38,645 nucleotides of DNA from Candidatus Liptonbacteria bacterium (GCA_019923695.1 JAHXGO010000004.1:1-38645); one strand, 5' to 3'. Positions 15,951 to 24,837 are shown, counted from the stretch's first letter. The notes: generated from the letters alone by a model not told the origin. A program made the numbers and translations.

Positions 15951-17216
15951 ATGGTAAACGATGAAATTTTAAACTTTTCTCAAAATCAATTAAATCAGCA
16001 AAGCAATCAAACAAGCCAAAATCAAACAGATCAGGATATTGATGAACTTCAGAATAAAAATTTTCATAATGTTCCTAAAAATGATGAAGAGGTTCAGTTA
16101 TCTGGTAATCCAGTTAATCAAATTTTAACAGAACCACTAAATCTGTTTTTTGAAGAGGATTTTCAAAAAAATGTTCAAAGTGTTGATCAGGCGGCTAATC
16201 AGAACTTAACGGTTAATCAGGATATAGCGGCTAACCAGGACTTAATGATTAATCAGAGCATAAAAGAGAACCCTCAATCTTTTGATGTTTCTTTGCCCGT
16301 TGAACAAAAAGTAAGTTTTAATAACACCGAAGATAATATTAATGATTTAATTATTGTTGATAGTCCAAAAGTCTTTGAAAGAGAAGAACCAAAAAAATTG
16401 GGAGCGGTTTTTCAAATTGAAGTTGAAAAGATTTTTCCGAATCCTCATCAGCCTCGTCGTTATTTTGACCAAGAACAATTAAAAGGACTGGCAAGCTCAA
16501 TAAGGGAATTTGGGGTTATTCAGCCGTTGGTAATTTCAAAAATTTTAAAAGAAACAGAAACAGGAACAAGCGTTTATTATCAGTTAATAGCTGGAGAGCG
16601 TCGGCTTTTAGCCGCTAAAATGGTTGGTTTAAGAACTGTTCCGGCAATTATTAAAAGCATCTCTACTGAAAAAGAAAAACTTGAAATATCTATTATTGAA
16701 AATATTCAGCGGGTAGACCTTAATCCGATTGAAGTAGCCAGAGCTTATGCAAAATTGCAGGACGAATTTGGGATTACTCAAAGAGAAATTGGCGCAAGGC
16801 TTGGTAAAAGCCGCGAAACCGTGGCTAATACCTTAAGGCTTTTAAATCTTCCTTCGGAAATCCAACTTGCGGTTGAACAAGGAAAAATAAACGAAAGCCA
16901 GGCAAGAATTCTTCTTCAAATAGAGGATATTTCAAAACAAAGAGAGGTTTTTAATTCTCTTTTAACAAAAGAAGGAGGAGGGCTGACGGTAAGAGACCTT
17001 AAAGAAAAGATTAAAACTGAAATAATTAAATCAAAAAACATAAATCCGGAAATTGAAGAAATAAAAGGCAAACTAGAAGAAGCCTTAGGAACAAAAGTTA
17101 TGATTCGCGAGGACGGAGATAAAGGAAAGTTGGTTATTGATTTTTATTCGATAGAAGAGTTGTCCAACTTGGCGGAGAAAATAATAATTAAACAAAACGA
17201 TAATCAATTTCTTTAA
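15951..17216 (+). CDS. parB: ParB/Spo0J-family partition protein with ~150-aa Q/N-rich N-terminal extension
   Basis: ParB box and GERR motif (YQLIAGERRLLAAK), and HTH ITQREIGARLGKSRETVANTLRLLNLP. The N-terminus is low-complexity (NQ.. repeats). Confidence 0.9.
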   Translation: MVNDEILNFSQNQLNQQSNQTSQNQTDQDIDELQNKNFHNVPKNDEEVQLSGNPVNQILTEPLNLFFEEDFQKNVQSVDQAANQNLTVNQDIAANQDLMINQSIKENPQSFDVSLPVEQKVSFNNTEDNINDLIIVDSPKVFEREEPKKLGAVFQIEVEKIFPNPHQPRRYFDQEQLKGLASSIREFGVIQPLVISKILKETETGTSVYYQLIAGERRLLAAKMVGLRTVPAIIKSISTEKEKLEISIIENIQRVDLNPIEVARAYAKLQDEFGITQREIGARLGKSRETVANTLRLLNLPSEIQLAVEQGKINESQARILLQIEDISKQREVFNSLLTKEGGGLTVRDLKEKIKTEIIKSKNINPEIEEIKGKLEEALGTKVMIREDGDKGKLVIDFYSIEELSNLAEKIIIKQNDNQFL

Positions 17217-18945
17217 CATTTTTTACTTCTTTTAATTTAAGTATTAGTTTTGAAATTTTTTGCTTATGGCCTCCGGACAATCTATGGCCTCCGGACAACC
17301 TATGGCCGGAGGACAATCTGTCGTCTATTTTACAAATGATTTTGATTGTTTGAAATTGGCCGCGGTTGTCGACGTTTGAGCTAACCCTTTTTACATTGAT
17401 ACGAGAATAAGAAATTGTTGTTAGGATATTTTTAAGTAATTCTGTTTTGTTTTCAGCCACGATTTTCAACTCTATTTGTTTTGGTTCTTGAGTTTTAAAC
17501 TGGCTGTTTTTTAAATTTTTTTTAATGCGATTTTTGACAGAAGCTTTTTTTACGAAATTAAGCCATGAAGCTGATGGTTTTTTTCCTTTTTGAATGATAA
17601 TTTCAACAATATCTCCTGATCTTAGTTCATACTCTAAGGGAACAATATGGTTATTAACTTTGGCTCCGACGCATTGATTGCCAATATCACTATGAATTTG
17701 ATAAGCAAAATCAATTGGTGTGGCGCCAGCTGGTAAATCAACAACCGTCCCTTTTGGCGTAATCGCAAAAATTCTGTCTTTAAAAAAATCTACTTTTAAG
17801 GAATCAATGAAGTCAGGGGAGTCTCCTGTTTCTTTTTGCCAATCGCGAAGTTTTTTGACCCATTCTATTTCTTTTTCCGGGGTTGATACGGATTTTTTTT
17901 CCAGATATTCTTTTGTTTCTTTTGTTTCAGAATATTTCCAAGAAGCGGCTTGTCCATGTTCAGCCTCCTCATGCATTTCCAAGGTTCTTATTTGAAATTC
18001 CACTATTTTTTGGTCAACACAAAAAACCGTTGTGTGGATACTTCGATAACCATTAGGTTTTGGCATAGCGATATAGTCTTTGATTCTTCCAGGCAGCGGC
18101 GGCCAAAGATTATGAATCAATCCTAAAGCGGCATAACAATCAGAAATAGTTTGGACGACTATTCTTAAGGCCACTAAATCATGGATTTTGCTTATATCCA
18201 TTTCATAACGAAGAAGTTTTTTGTAAAGACTAGCATATCTTTTCGCTCTAAAATCAATATGAATTGGTTTTATTCCTGCATTTTCAAGCGCTTTTATAAC
18301 CAAAGGCTTTATTCTTTTTAAATAATTTTCTCTTTCTGAATATTTTTCTTTAATATTATTAACTAACCACTGGTGTTCATTGGGATAAAGATAAGGGAAA
18401 GCTAAGTCTTCAAGTTCTCCGCTTAATTTATGCATTCCTAATCGGTAGGCTAAAGGAGCGTATATTTCATAAGTTTCCAAAGCAATGCGTTTCTGTTTTT
18501 CTGGAGACAGAGTTTTTAAGGTTTGCATATTGTGTAAACGGTCGCTAAGTTTGATAAAAACAACTCGGATATCTTCACTTAAAGCGATAATCAGCTTTTT
18601 AATGTTTTCTTTTTGGTTTTCTACTCCTCGATATTTTATTTTTCCAATTTTGGTTACTCCATCAATCAAAAAAGCTATTTGGTCTCCAAATTTTTTTCTT
18701 ATGTCTTCAAGGTTTGTGTTGGTATCTTCTATCGTGTCGTGAAGTAAGCCGGCAGCTATAGTTTGTTCATCTAAATTTAAATTAATCAAATTTTCCGCCA
18801 CTTTTAAGGGATGATTGAAATAAGGTTCGCCAGAAAGCCTTTTTTGTCCTTTATGAGCGTTTTCAGCGAAAAAATAAGCTTGGCTGATTAAGCTATTTGG
18901 GTTTTCTTTGATTAATTCTTTTATTGTTTGGGGCTTTGTTTCCAA
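17188..18945 (-). CDS. relA: bifunctional (p)ppGpp synthetase/hydrolase, RelA/SpoT homologue
   Basis: HD domain (HDTIEDT), synthetase core (GYRSIHTTV, EFQIRTLEMH), TGS and ACT-like C-terminus. It has a TTG start and its 3' end overlaps parB by 29 nt. Confidence 0.93.
   Translation of the reverse strand: METKPQTIKELIKENPNSLISQAYFFAENAHKGQKRLSGEPYFNHPLKVAENLINLNLDEQTIAAGLLHDTIEDTNTNLEDIRKKFGDQIAFLIDGVTKIGKIKYRGVENQKENIKKLIIALSEDIRVVFIKLSDRLHNMQTLKTLSPEKQKRIALETYEIYAPLAYRLGMHKLSGELEDLAFPYLYPNEHQWLVNNIKEKYSERENYLKRIKPLVIKALENAGIKPIHIDFRAKRYASLYKKLLRYEMDISKIHDLVALRIVVQTISDCYAALGLIHNLWPPLPGRIKDYIAMPKPNGYRSIHTTVFCVDQKIVEFQIRTLEMHEEAEHGQAASWKYSETKETKEYLEKKSVSTPEKEIEWVKKLRDWQKETGDSPDFIDSLKVDFFKDRIFAITPKGTVVDLPAGATPIDFAYQIHSDIGNQCVGAKVNNHIVPLEYELRSGDIVEIIIQKGKKPSASWLNFVKKASVKNRIKKNLKNSQFKTQEPKQIELKIVAENKTELLKNILTTISYSRINVKRVSSNVDNRGQFQTIKIICKIDDRLSSGHRLSGGHRLSGGHKQKISKLILKLKEVKNVKEIDYRFV
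17266..17319. repeat. three tandem 18-bp repeats inside the relA C-terminal domain
   Basis: ATGGCCTCCGGACAATCT / ATGGCCTCCGGACAACCT / ATGGCCGGAGGACAATCT encode RLSSGH-RLSGGH-RLSGGH on the minus strand. Confidence 0.9.
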
Positions 18946-19022
18946 TTTTTTATAATTTAATATTAGCTGTTTTTTTTGGTTATAGCGAATTATAAGCTTA
19001 ATAGATTAAACTTATGGTTTAT

Positions 19023-19054
19023 TATAGTGGGCGGCAGGCTGTTCGATATATTAA
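19023..19054. repeat. palindromic dispersed element, copy 6 (type B)
   Basis: TATAGTGGGCGGCAGGCTGTTCGATATATTAA, upstream of relA. On the minus strand the order is core, then TATAAT, then gene. Confidence 0.65.
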
Positions 19055-19300
19055 GTCTAGATTTATTATAATGAATCGCTTTTTATATATAATTCGTTAT
19101 ATAAAGGGGAAGAAATTTTTGCCGCTGGAGCAAAAATATTCTGGTTCTGAAAGACAATCTGTCCGAAAATGTAAACAACGCTCGGAATTCTTACAAATAA
19201 TATAACCTCAATGAGAAAAATTTATAATATTCTCGAAGTTTTTTTAATATAAAACCGACCGTTTAATGACTACAAAAAGATAATTTTGAAATTATGCTGA

Positions 19301-20341
19301 TTAAGTATGCCTTATAAAAACCACTTCTCCGTCCTTAATTTCATAGTCTCTGCCTTCCAGCCGAATAAACCCTTTATTTTTCCCTGCCTGCAAAGAACCA
19401 AGCTCAACCAACTTTTCCCAATCTATAATTTCAGCTTTAATAAAATTTTTCTCAAAATCAGTGTGAATAACACCGGCCGCGCAGCTCGCTTTAGTCCCCT
19501 TTTTAATTGTCCAAGCCCTGATCTCCTCGTCTCCAATAGTAAAAAAACTTATTAAATCCAAAAGATTGTAAGCGCTTTTTATTAAATCGTTCATTGGCGG
19601 ATTTTCGGCGAGATTTTTAACAATATAACCGACTTTCAAAAAATTTAACTTCTCCTTTAATTCAGGGGTTATGTCATTTTCCGATCCGTTTAAAAGATAA
19701 ATTTTTGGCTTGGCAGTTAAAAGATTAAGTTCTTTTAAAATTGCGGACTCGCGTGGAAAATCAAAATTACTTTGGTCAGAGGGTAACTCAACCAAAGTAT
19801 TTTTATTCAACCCATCCCGAACAATTTTTAAAATTTCTAAATCTTTAAATTGTCCTTTGGCTATAATTTTCTGTTTATCGCCGGTCTTAATTTCTTTTTC
19901 AAGACTATTTAACCTTTTATCAAGGGTTTCCAAATCTTTAAAAATCAATTCCGAATAAATAATTTCAATATCCCTTAAAGGATTTATATTTGCTTCAACA
20001 TGAGAAACTACTGGTTCGTTAAATAATCTAACCACTTCGATAATCGCATTAACCTCCCTAATATGAGATAAAAATTGATTGCCTAATCCTTCTCCTTTAT
20101 GAGCGTTCTTTACCAAACCAGCAATATCATAAAATTCAATTGTTATCGCTACTCTTTTTTTTAAAGGAAAAATATCGCCTAATTTATTAAGTCTTTCATC
20201 CGGAACAGTTACCGCTCCCCTATTAGGATTGATAGTGGTAAAAGCATAATTGGCGATATTAACCTCCTGACTGGTTAAAATTTTAAAAAGAGTTGATTTG
20301 CCGACATTCGGCAAACCGATTATTCCGACGGAAAGCTTCAT
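19301..20341 (-). CDS. ychF: redox-regulated ATPase YchF (Obg-family)
   Basis: G1 motif GLPNVGKSTLF, and a YchF C-terminal TGS-like domain (GFIRLEGRDYEIKDGEVVFIRH). Confidence 0.92.
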   Translation of the reverse strand: MKLSVGIIGLPNVGKSTLFKILTSQEVNIANYAFTTINPNRGAVTVPDERLNKLGDIFPLKKRVAITIEFYDIAGLVKNAHKGEGLGNQFLSHIREVNAIIEVVRLFNEPVVSHVEANINPLRDIEIIYSELIFKDLETLDKRLNSLEKEIKTGDKQKIIAKGQFKDLEILKIVRDGLNKNTLVELPSDQSNFDFPRESAILKELNLLTAKPKIYLLNGSENDITPELKEKLNFLKVGYIVKNLAENPPMNDLIKSAYNLLDLISFFTIGDEEIRAWTIKKGTKASCAAGVIHTDFEKNFIKAEIIDWEKLVELGSLQAGKNKGFIRLEGRDYEIKDGEVVFIRHT

Positions 20342-20622
20342 CCCGTTAGAGACAGGAAGCGTTTTAATCTGTTTTTGAGATAGCGCTTACCCATGCCCGA
20401 TTTAAAATATTTCTCTCTCGACCTTGCGTCAGTAATGTTTTTGCAAGCTTCATAGTAAATAAGTTCAAAAGGACCCCGATTTTTAGTCCAACCAATGACG
20501 TTTTTATTATGCTGATTAAAACGCTTCCGTAAATCAACGGTAAATCCTGTATACCAATACCTATCCTTCTGACTTTGTAAAATATAGACATAATAGAATT
20601 GATTGTCTCTAACGGGATTCAT
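20338..20622 (-). CDS. GIY-YIG nuclease superfamily protein (UPF0213/YhbQ-like, 94 aa)
   Basis: FYYVYILQS...YWYTGFTVDLRKRFNQHN and a downstream RE...K motif. ATGA overlap with ychF. Confidence 0.85.
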   Translation of the reverse strand: MNPVRDNQFYYVYILQSQKDRYWYTGFTVDLRKRFNQHNKNVIGWTKNRGPFELIYYEACKNITDARSREKYFKSGMGKRYLKNRLKRFLSLTG

Positions 20623-20630
20623 TAAGAATA

Positions 20631-20659
20631 ATTGTAGAAAAATATAAAAAAATTGGCAA
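20631..20659 (-). promoter_or_regulatory. promoter candidate for the GIY-YIG/ychF unit (near-leaderless)
   Basis: Minus strand: TTGCCA (20659-20654), 17 nt, TACAAT (20636-20631), then 8 nt to the ATG at 20622. Confidence 0.45.
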
Positions 20660-20781
20660 AGAATTTTACCTTGTGAAAAAAATCAGCAACTAACTGGCTG
20701 ATAATTTTCCTATTCCAAGCCGATAACTATCAATAAATTTATTAAGAGTCTCGAAAAATTAAATCGATTTTGTTCCATAAA

Positions 20782-20869
20782 TTTCGGTGTCTTTTTATAT
20801 TGCAGAACCAATACCCTTTCGGTGTCATTTTATGATATTAAATGCGGCGCAAAATTGGGTGGTCTCATA
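20782..20869 (+). repeat. upstream modules X (20782-20839) and Y (20848-20869), serS copy
   Basis: X matches 1844-1901 (51/56 over the core). Y matches 12669-12690 (21/22). Confidence 0.8.
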
Positions 20870-20876
20870 CATAAAC

Positions 20877-20906
20877 TTGATATATTAAAGCAAGGTTTGC
20901 TATAAT
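20877..20906 (+). promoter_or_regulatory. sigma70-type promoter candidate for serS (also palindromic element copy 7)
   Basis: TTGATA (20877-20882), 18-nt spacer, TATAAT (20901-20906); the ATG is 33 nt downstream. The -35 region is the TTGATATAT core of the dispersed element. Confidence 0.55.
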
Positions 20907-20939
20907 TAAAATATATATTAAAAATATATTTTTAAAACA

Positions 20940-22235
20940 ATGCTTGATGTAAATTTAATAAGGGAGTTCCCCAACAAAGTAAAAGAATCCATAAAAAAAA
21001 GAGGAGAAGATGAAGGCGTTGTTGATCAATTTTTAAAAATTGATCAACAATGGCGTTTATTAAAAGCGCAAATTGATGACTTAAAATCTCAACAAAAAAA
21101 ATTAGGTTCTAATCAAAGAGAAGAGGCAAAAAAAATTAAAGAAAAAATACAAGCCGAAGACAACAAAGTTTCTTGTTTAGAAAAAGAAAGAGAACTTTTA
21201 CATTATCAAATGTCTAATTTGACGCAAGATGATGTGCCAATAGGAAAAGATGAAAAAGAGAATGTTGTTATCAAAGAATGGGGAAACAAACCACAGTTCG
21301 ATTTCAAACCAAAAGATTATATGGAAATTGCGGAAAATCTTGATTTAATTGATGTTAAAAGAGCGGCAAAAATTTCAGGAGCTCGTTTTGGATTTATAAA
21401 AAAAGAGGCAGTTTTTTTAGAGTTGGCTTTGATAAACTTCGCTTTTGATATTTTATCGAAACAAAGTTTTGTGCCGATCGTTCCGCCAGTGATGATAAAG
21501 TCTGAAATGATGGGTAAAATGGGATACTTAAAAAAAACCCAAGACCTTCCCGCAAAATGGGAAAACGAAGAAGTCTATTTTTTAAGGGACGATGATTTAA
21601 TTTTAGTCGGGACATCCGAACAATCAATAGGATCAATGCACGCTGATGAAGTTTTTGAAAAAAATGATTTGCCAAAAAGATACGCCGGATTTTCTACTTG
21701 TTTTAGAAGAGAGGCAGGAGCGTATGGCAAAGATACAAAAGGAATTTTGAGAGTTCACCAGTTTGATAAAATTGAAATGTTTAGTTTCTGTCAACCCCAA
21801 GATTCAAAAGAAGAACATAATCTTTTACTCCAGACAGAAGAAAAATTAATGCAACTTTTAAACATTCCTTATCGAGTCGTAAAAATATGCAGCGGTGATT
21901 TAGGTAGCCCTGCTGCGGCAAAATACGATATTGAAGCCTGGCTCCCGGGGCAACCCTCAACAAATTCTGGTCAAGGAACCTATCGTGAAACCCACTCAAC
22001 CTCTAACTGCACTGACTTTCAGGCAAGACGACTTAATATCCGTTATCGTGACCTCAAAACTAATAAATTGGAATTTGTTCATACTTTAAACGGAACTGCT
22101 CTTGCTATTGGCAGAACATTAATCGCTATTATTGAAAATTACCAGACAGCTGAAGGAAATTTTGTCGTCCCTGAAGTTTTAAGAAAATATTTTGATGGGT
22201 TATCTTTTGATCATAAAAAAGTGATTAAAAATTAA
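20940..22235 (+). CDS. serS: seryl-tRNA synthetase
   Basis: N-terminal coiled-coil arm followed by class II motifs (FRREAG..., GTALAIGRTLIAIIENYQ). Confidence 0.95.
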   Translation: MLDVNLIREFPNKVKESIKKRGEDEGVVDQFLKIDQQWRLLKAQIDDLKSQQKKLGSNQREEAKKIKEKIQAEDNKVSCLEKERELLHYQMSNLTQDDVPIGKDEKENVVIKEWGNKPQFDFKPKDYMEIAENLDLIDVKRAAKISGARFGFIKKEAVFLELALINFAFDILSKQSFVPIVPPVMIKSEMMGKMGYLKKTQDLPAKWENEEVYFLRDDDLILVGTSEQSIGSMHADEVFEKNDLPKRYAGFSTCFRREAGAYGKDTKGILRVHQFDKIEMFSFCQPQDSKEEHNLLLQTEEKLMQLLNIPYRVVKICSGDLGSPAAAKYDIEAWLPGQPSTNSGQGTYRETHSTSNCTDFQARRLNIRYRDLKTNKLEFVHTLNGTALAIGRTLIAIIENYQTAEGNFVVPEVLRKYFDGLSFDHKKVIKN

Positions 22236-22261
22236 ACAAAGTAAAAGATAAAAAACTTCTT

Positions 22262-22369
22262 TTGGCTAAAAGATAATTTACGACCGCAGGACAATTTATA
22301 ACCGCAGAACAATCTATGACCAAAGGATAATTTATGGTCACAAAATAATTTATGATCAAAAGACAGTCT
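22262..22369. repeat. six tandem, progressively diverged 18-bp repeats related to the relA repeat
   Basis: Units, in order: TTGGCTAAAAGATAATTT, ACGACCGCAGGACAATTT, ATAACCGCAGAACAATCT, ATGACCAAAGGATAATTT, ATGGTCACAAAATAATTT, ATGATCAAAAGACAGTCT. Unit 2 matches relA unit 3 at 14/18 positions. The last unit supplies the ATG and first six codons of the next ORF. Confidence 0.8.
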
Positions 22370-22954
22370 AAGTTTTTTCTTTTGTTTTTTTTAACTATTT
22401 TTCTTCTGATAGTTGTTTGGTTTTTTCTTTCTGAATTAAATTTTTTAAAATTTAATTTAAATTTAGAGGGAGTGGAAATAGCGTCTTTTTTAAAAAATAA
22501 ATTATCCTTACAACAAAAATCGGAAAAACCTCAAAGCTTTAGAGAAATTATTTGGTGCGGAAAAGAATGTTTTTGGTTGAGTAAAAACGGTATTCTTTTA
22601 GAACCCGCTCCCTTCTCCGAAGGATTGATTATCCCGGTCATTATTGAAAAAACAGAAAGAGCCCTTTTACTTAACGATGAAGCCTTTAATGAAACCCAAG
22701 CCAAGACAATATATAATATTGTTTCTTTTTTGAATCAACTTGAGTTATCTTTTGATAAGATAAAAATAAACGATTTTATTTCTGAAGAAGTTATTGTGGA
22801 TTTAAAAGACGGACCGATAATTTATTTCAGTCTCAAATTTTCTCCAGACTTTGCAACTTCAACCGTAAAATCTTTGAAAAATTCAGTTAATTGGCGAAAG
22901 ATTCAACACATTAACTTAACTGTTGAAAATAGATTGTACTATAGCAAATTATAG
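22352..22954 (+). CDS. membrane-anchored hypothetical protein, possibly FtsQ/DivIB-like (200 aa)
   Basis: One N-terminal TM helix (FFLLFFLTIFLLIVVWFFL), then an alpha/beta ectodomain of FtsQ-like size. The similarity is judged by eye only. Confidence 0.6.
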   Translation: MIKRQSKFFLLFFLTIFLLIVVWFFLSELNFLKFNLNLEGVEIASFLKNKLSLQQKSEKPQSFREIIWCGKECFWLSKNGILLEPAPFSEGLIIPVIIEKTERALLLNDEAFNETQAKTIYNIVSFLNQLELSFDKIKINDFISEEVIVDLKDGPIIYFSLKFSPDFATSTVKSLKNSVNWRKIQHINLTVENRLYYSKL

Positions 22955-22980
22955 TGAGTTCGGAATTTTAATATATCAAA
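22950..22980. repeat. palindromic dispersed element, copy 8 (degenerate)
   Basis: TATAGTGAGTTCGGAATTTTAATATATCAAA. The TATAG contains the ORF stop codon. It lies between convergent 3' ends. Confidence 0.5.
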
Positions 22981-23007
22981 ATTTCGCTCTAATATACACC
23001 AAAAAAA

Positions 23008-24342
23008 TTAATCTTTTTGTTTTAAGGTTGGAAAAATAATAGTTTCTTTTACTGGTTTTTTGGTTAATAAAGCTATTAAACGATCAACGCCTAATCCTAA
23101 GCCAGCGGCTGGCGGCATTCCGTATTCTAAGGCTTCTAAAAATTCATTATCCAAACGAGAAGCTTCAAGATTGCCGGCCCGGTAAAGGTTTTCTTGTTCT
23201 TCCATCCTTTCCCTTTGGTCAATCGGATCGTTTAGTTCAGAAAAAGCATTTACAACTTCCATCCCGTCAACAATGAGGTGAAACCTATCCGCTAATTCAG
23301 AATCTTCTTCCGAAGACTTAGCAAGAGGAGAAATAACTTTTGGATGTTTAATAACAAAAGTTGGGGTTTTGATTTTTGGTCTAACCTTTTTTTTGAATAT
23401 TTCATCGATTTTATCAGGGTCTATTTTTTTGACATCCTGACCGGCATATTTTTTAATCAAGTCACTATAAGTAATTTTTTGATAAGGACCGGGAATAAAT
23501 TTTTTTAATAACCTCTCGGTAAATTTCATTAATCCTTCATAATCTTGATAAGTCCAATATAATTCCAACATTGTAAATTCAGGATTATGTTCTTTACTTA
23601 TCCCTTCATTTCTAAAAACCCGGCCAATTTCAAAAATTTTATTAAATCCTCCCACTAATAATCGTTTAAGATAAAGCTCTGGAGCGATTCTTAAATAAAC
23701 ATCTTCATTTAAAGCATTATAATGAGTAATAAAGGGCCTTGCCAAAGCGCCCCCGGGAATCGGCTGAAGAATCGGCGTTTCAACTTCGGTAAATCCTTCA
23801 AACCACAATTTTTCCCTTAAATCTCTGATTATTTTAGAACGCAAGGTAATAATCTCTTTTACTTCGGGATTAAAAATCATATCAAGATATCTTTTTCTAA
23901 AACGGTCCTCCGTATCTTTTAAACCATGCCAAACCGAAGGAAGAGGCTTTAATGATTTAACAATAATTTTAGCAAAAAAAGCTTCGACGCTTTTTTCACC
24001 TTTTTTTGTCTTAAAAACCTGCCCGCCAACTTCCAAAAAATCGCCGATATCAATGACTTCTTTTAAAAAATTAAAATCTTTTAAATTTTTTTTGCTTAAA
24101 ACAATCTGGATTTTCCCAGTGCCATCATATACATCCATAAAGACTAAAGAGCCAATATCTCTTAAAGAAAGGATTCTGCCGGCCAACCAAACTTTCTTTT
24201 TTGATTTACTTAAACCGCTAAAATCACTCAATAAACTGATGATGTTGTGAGTGATTTGCGTTTTTGCGGGATATGGATTAAAACCAGTCTTTTTGATTAA
24301 ACTAAGTTTCTTTTTTCTAACTTCAATAATATCTTTAAGCAT
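23008..24342 (-). CDS. lysS: lysyl-tRNA synthetase, class II (short, 444 aa)
   Basis: OB-fold N-domain followed by class II motifs (RKRYLDMI, FTEVETPILQ, FEIGRVFRNEG, GLGLGVDRL). Confidence 0.93.
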   Translation of the reverse strand: MLKDIIEVRKKKLSLIKKTGFNPYPAKTQITHNIISLLSDFSGLSKSKKKVWLAGRILSLRDIGSLVFMDVYDGTGKIQIVLSKKNLKDFNFLKEVIDIGDFLEVGGQVFKTKKGEKSVEAFFAKIIVKSLKPLPSVWHGLKDTEDRFRKRYLDMIFNPEVKEIITLRSKIIRDLREKLWFEGFTEVETPILQPIPGGALARPFITHYNALNEDVYLRIAPELYLKRLLVGGFNKIFEIGRVFRNEGISKEHNPEFTMLELYWTYQDYEGLMKFTERLLKKFIPGPYQKITYSDLIKKYAGQDVKKIDPDKIDEIFKKKVRPKIKTPTFVIKHPKVISPLAKSSEEDSELADRFHLIVDGMEVVNAFSELNDPIDQRERMEEQENLYRAGNLEASRLDNEFLEALEYGMPPAAGLGLGVDRLIALLTKKPVKETIIFPTLKQKD

Positions 24343-24798
24343 CTATTCAATTTTAACAATTTTATAGATAATTTCGCCAGAGATGGTTTTAACAATTATT
24401 TTTTCTCCAACCTTTTTTCCAAGTAAGGCCAAACCAAGCGGAGATTCGTTTGAAATTAAGCCAGTTTCGGGGTTAGCTTCTGCTGATCCAATAATAACAA
24501 ATTTTCTTTTTTGTCCATTTTTTTCCACTTCAACGGTCGATCCTATTTCAACAATCCCCGTTTGATGTTTCTTTTTTATAATAACCGCATTCTTGATAAT
24601 ATCTTCAAGCTTAATAATTTGCATTTCCAGTTCCTCTTTTTTTTCTATTGCTTCAGAATATTCAGCATTTTCAGATAAATCGCCGTATTCTTTGGCTTTT
24701 TTTAATTTTTCAGCAACCTCAATTCTTTTAACTGTTTTAAGTTCTTTAATTGCTTCTTTTAAACTCTCAAGTTTCTCTTTAGAAAGATATTGAATCAT
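24343..24798 (-). CDS. greA: transcription elongation factor GreA
   Basis: Coiled-coil N-domain with DLSENAEYSEA, plus a globular C-domain. The stop abuts the lysS start. Confidence 0.93.
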   Translation of the reverse strand: MIQYLSKEKLESLKEAIKELKTVKRIEVAEKLKKAKEYGDLSENAEYSEAIEKKEELEMQIIKLEDIIKNAVIIKKKHQTGIVEIGSTVEVEKNGQKRKFVIIGSAEANPETGLISNESPLGLALLGKKVGEKIIVKTISGEIIYKIVKIE

Positions 24799-24837
24799 TT
24801 TAATATAAATACTTTATTCTGTCGACGATGGCTGGTT

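Noticed and set aside
19014-19205. 63-aa plus-strand ORF in the relA-ychF intergenic region
   Set aside because: It overlaps a palindromic element copy and a hairpin (19113-19138) that may terminate ychF. Its sequence is not protein-like and it has no RBS.
20848-20869. Block Y upstream of serS as a T-box riboswitch (AATTGGGTGG resembles the T-box core ...GGGTGGNACC)
   Set aside because: I can find no specifier-loop/stem I architecture and no terminator/antiterminator alternative. The same block also precedes a ferritin-like gene, which would not be tRNA-regulated. A sigma54 -24/-12 reading of the reverse strand fails too: there is no GG, and the spacing is off by one.
22262-22369. Tandem repeats as a CRISPR array
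   Set aside because: The units are contiguous 18-mers with no spacers, are far shorter than CRISPR repeats, and have no cas genes nearby. The same applies to the 17266, 25553 and 30375 repeats, which are in-frame coding repeats.
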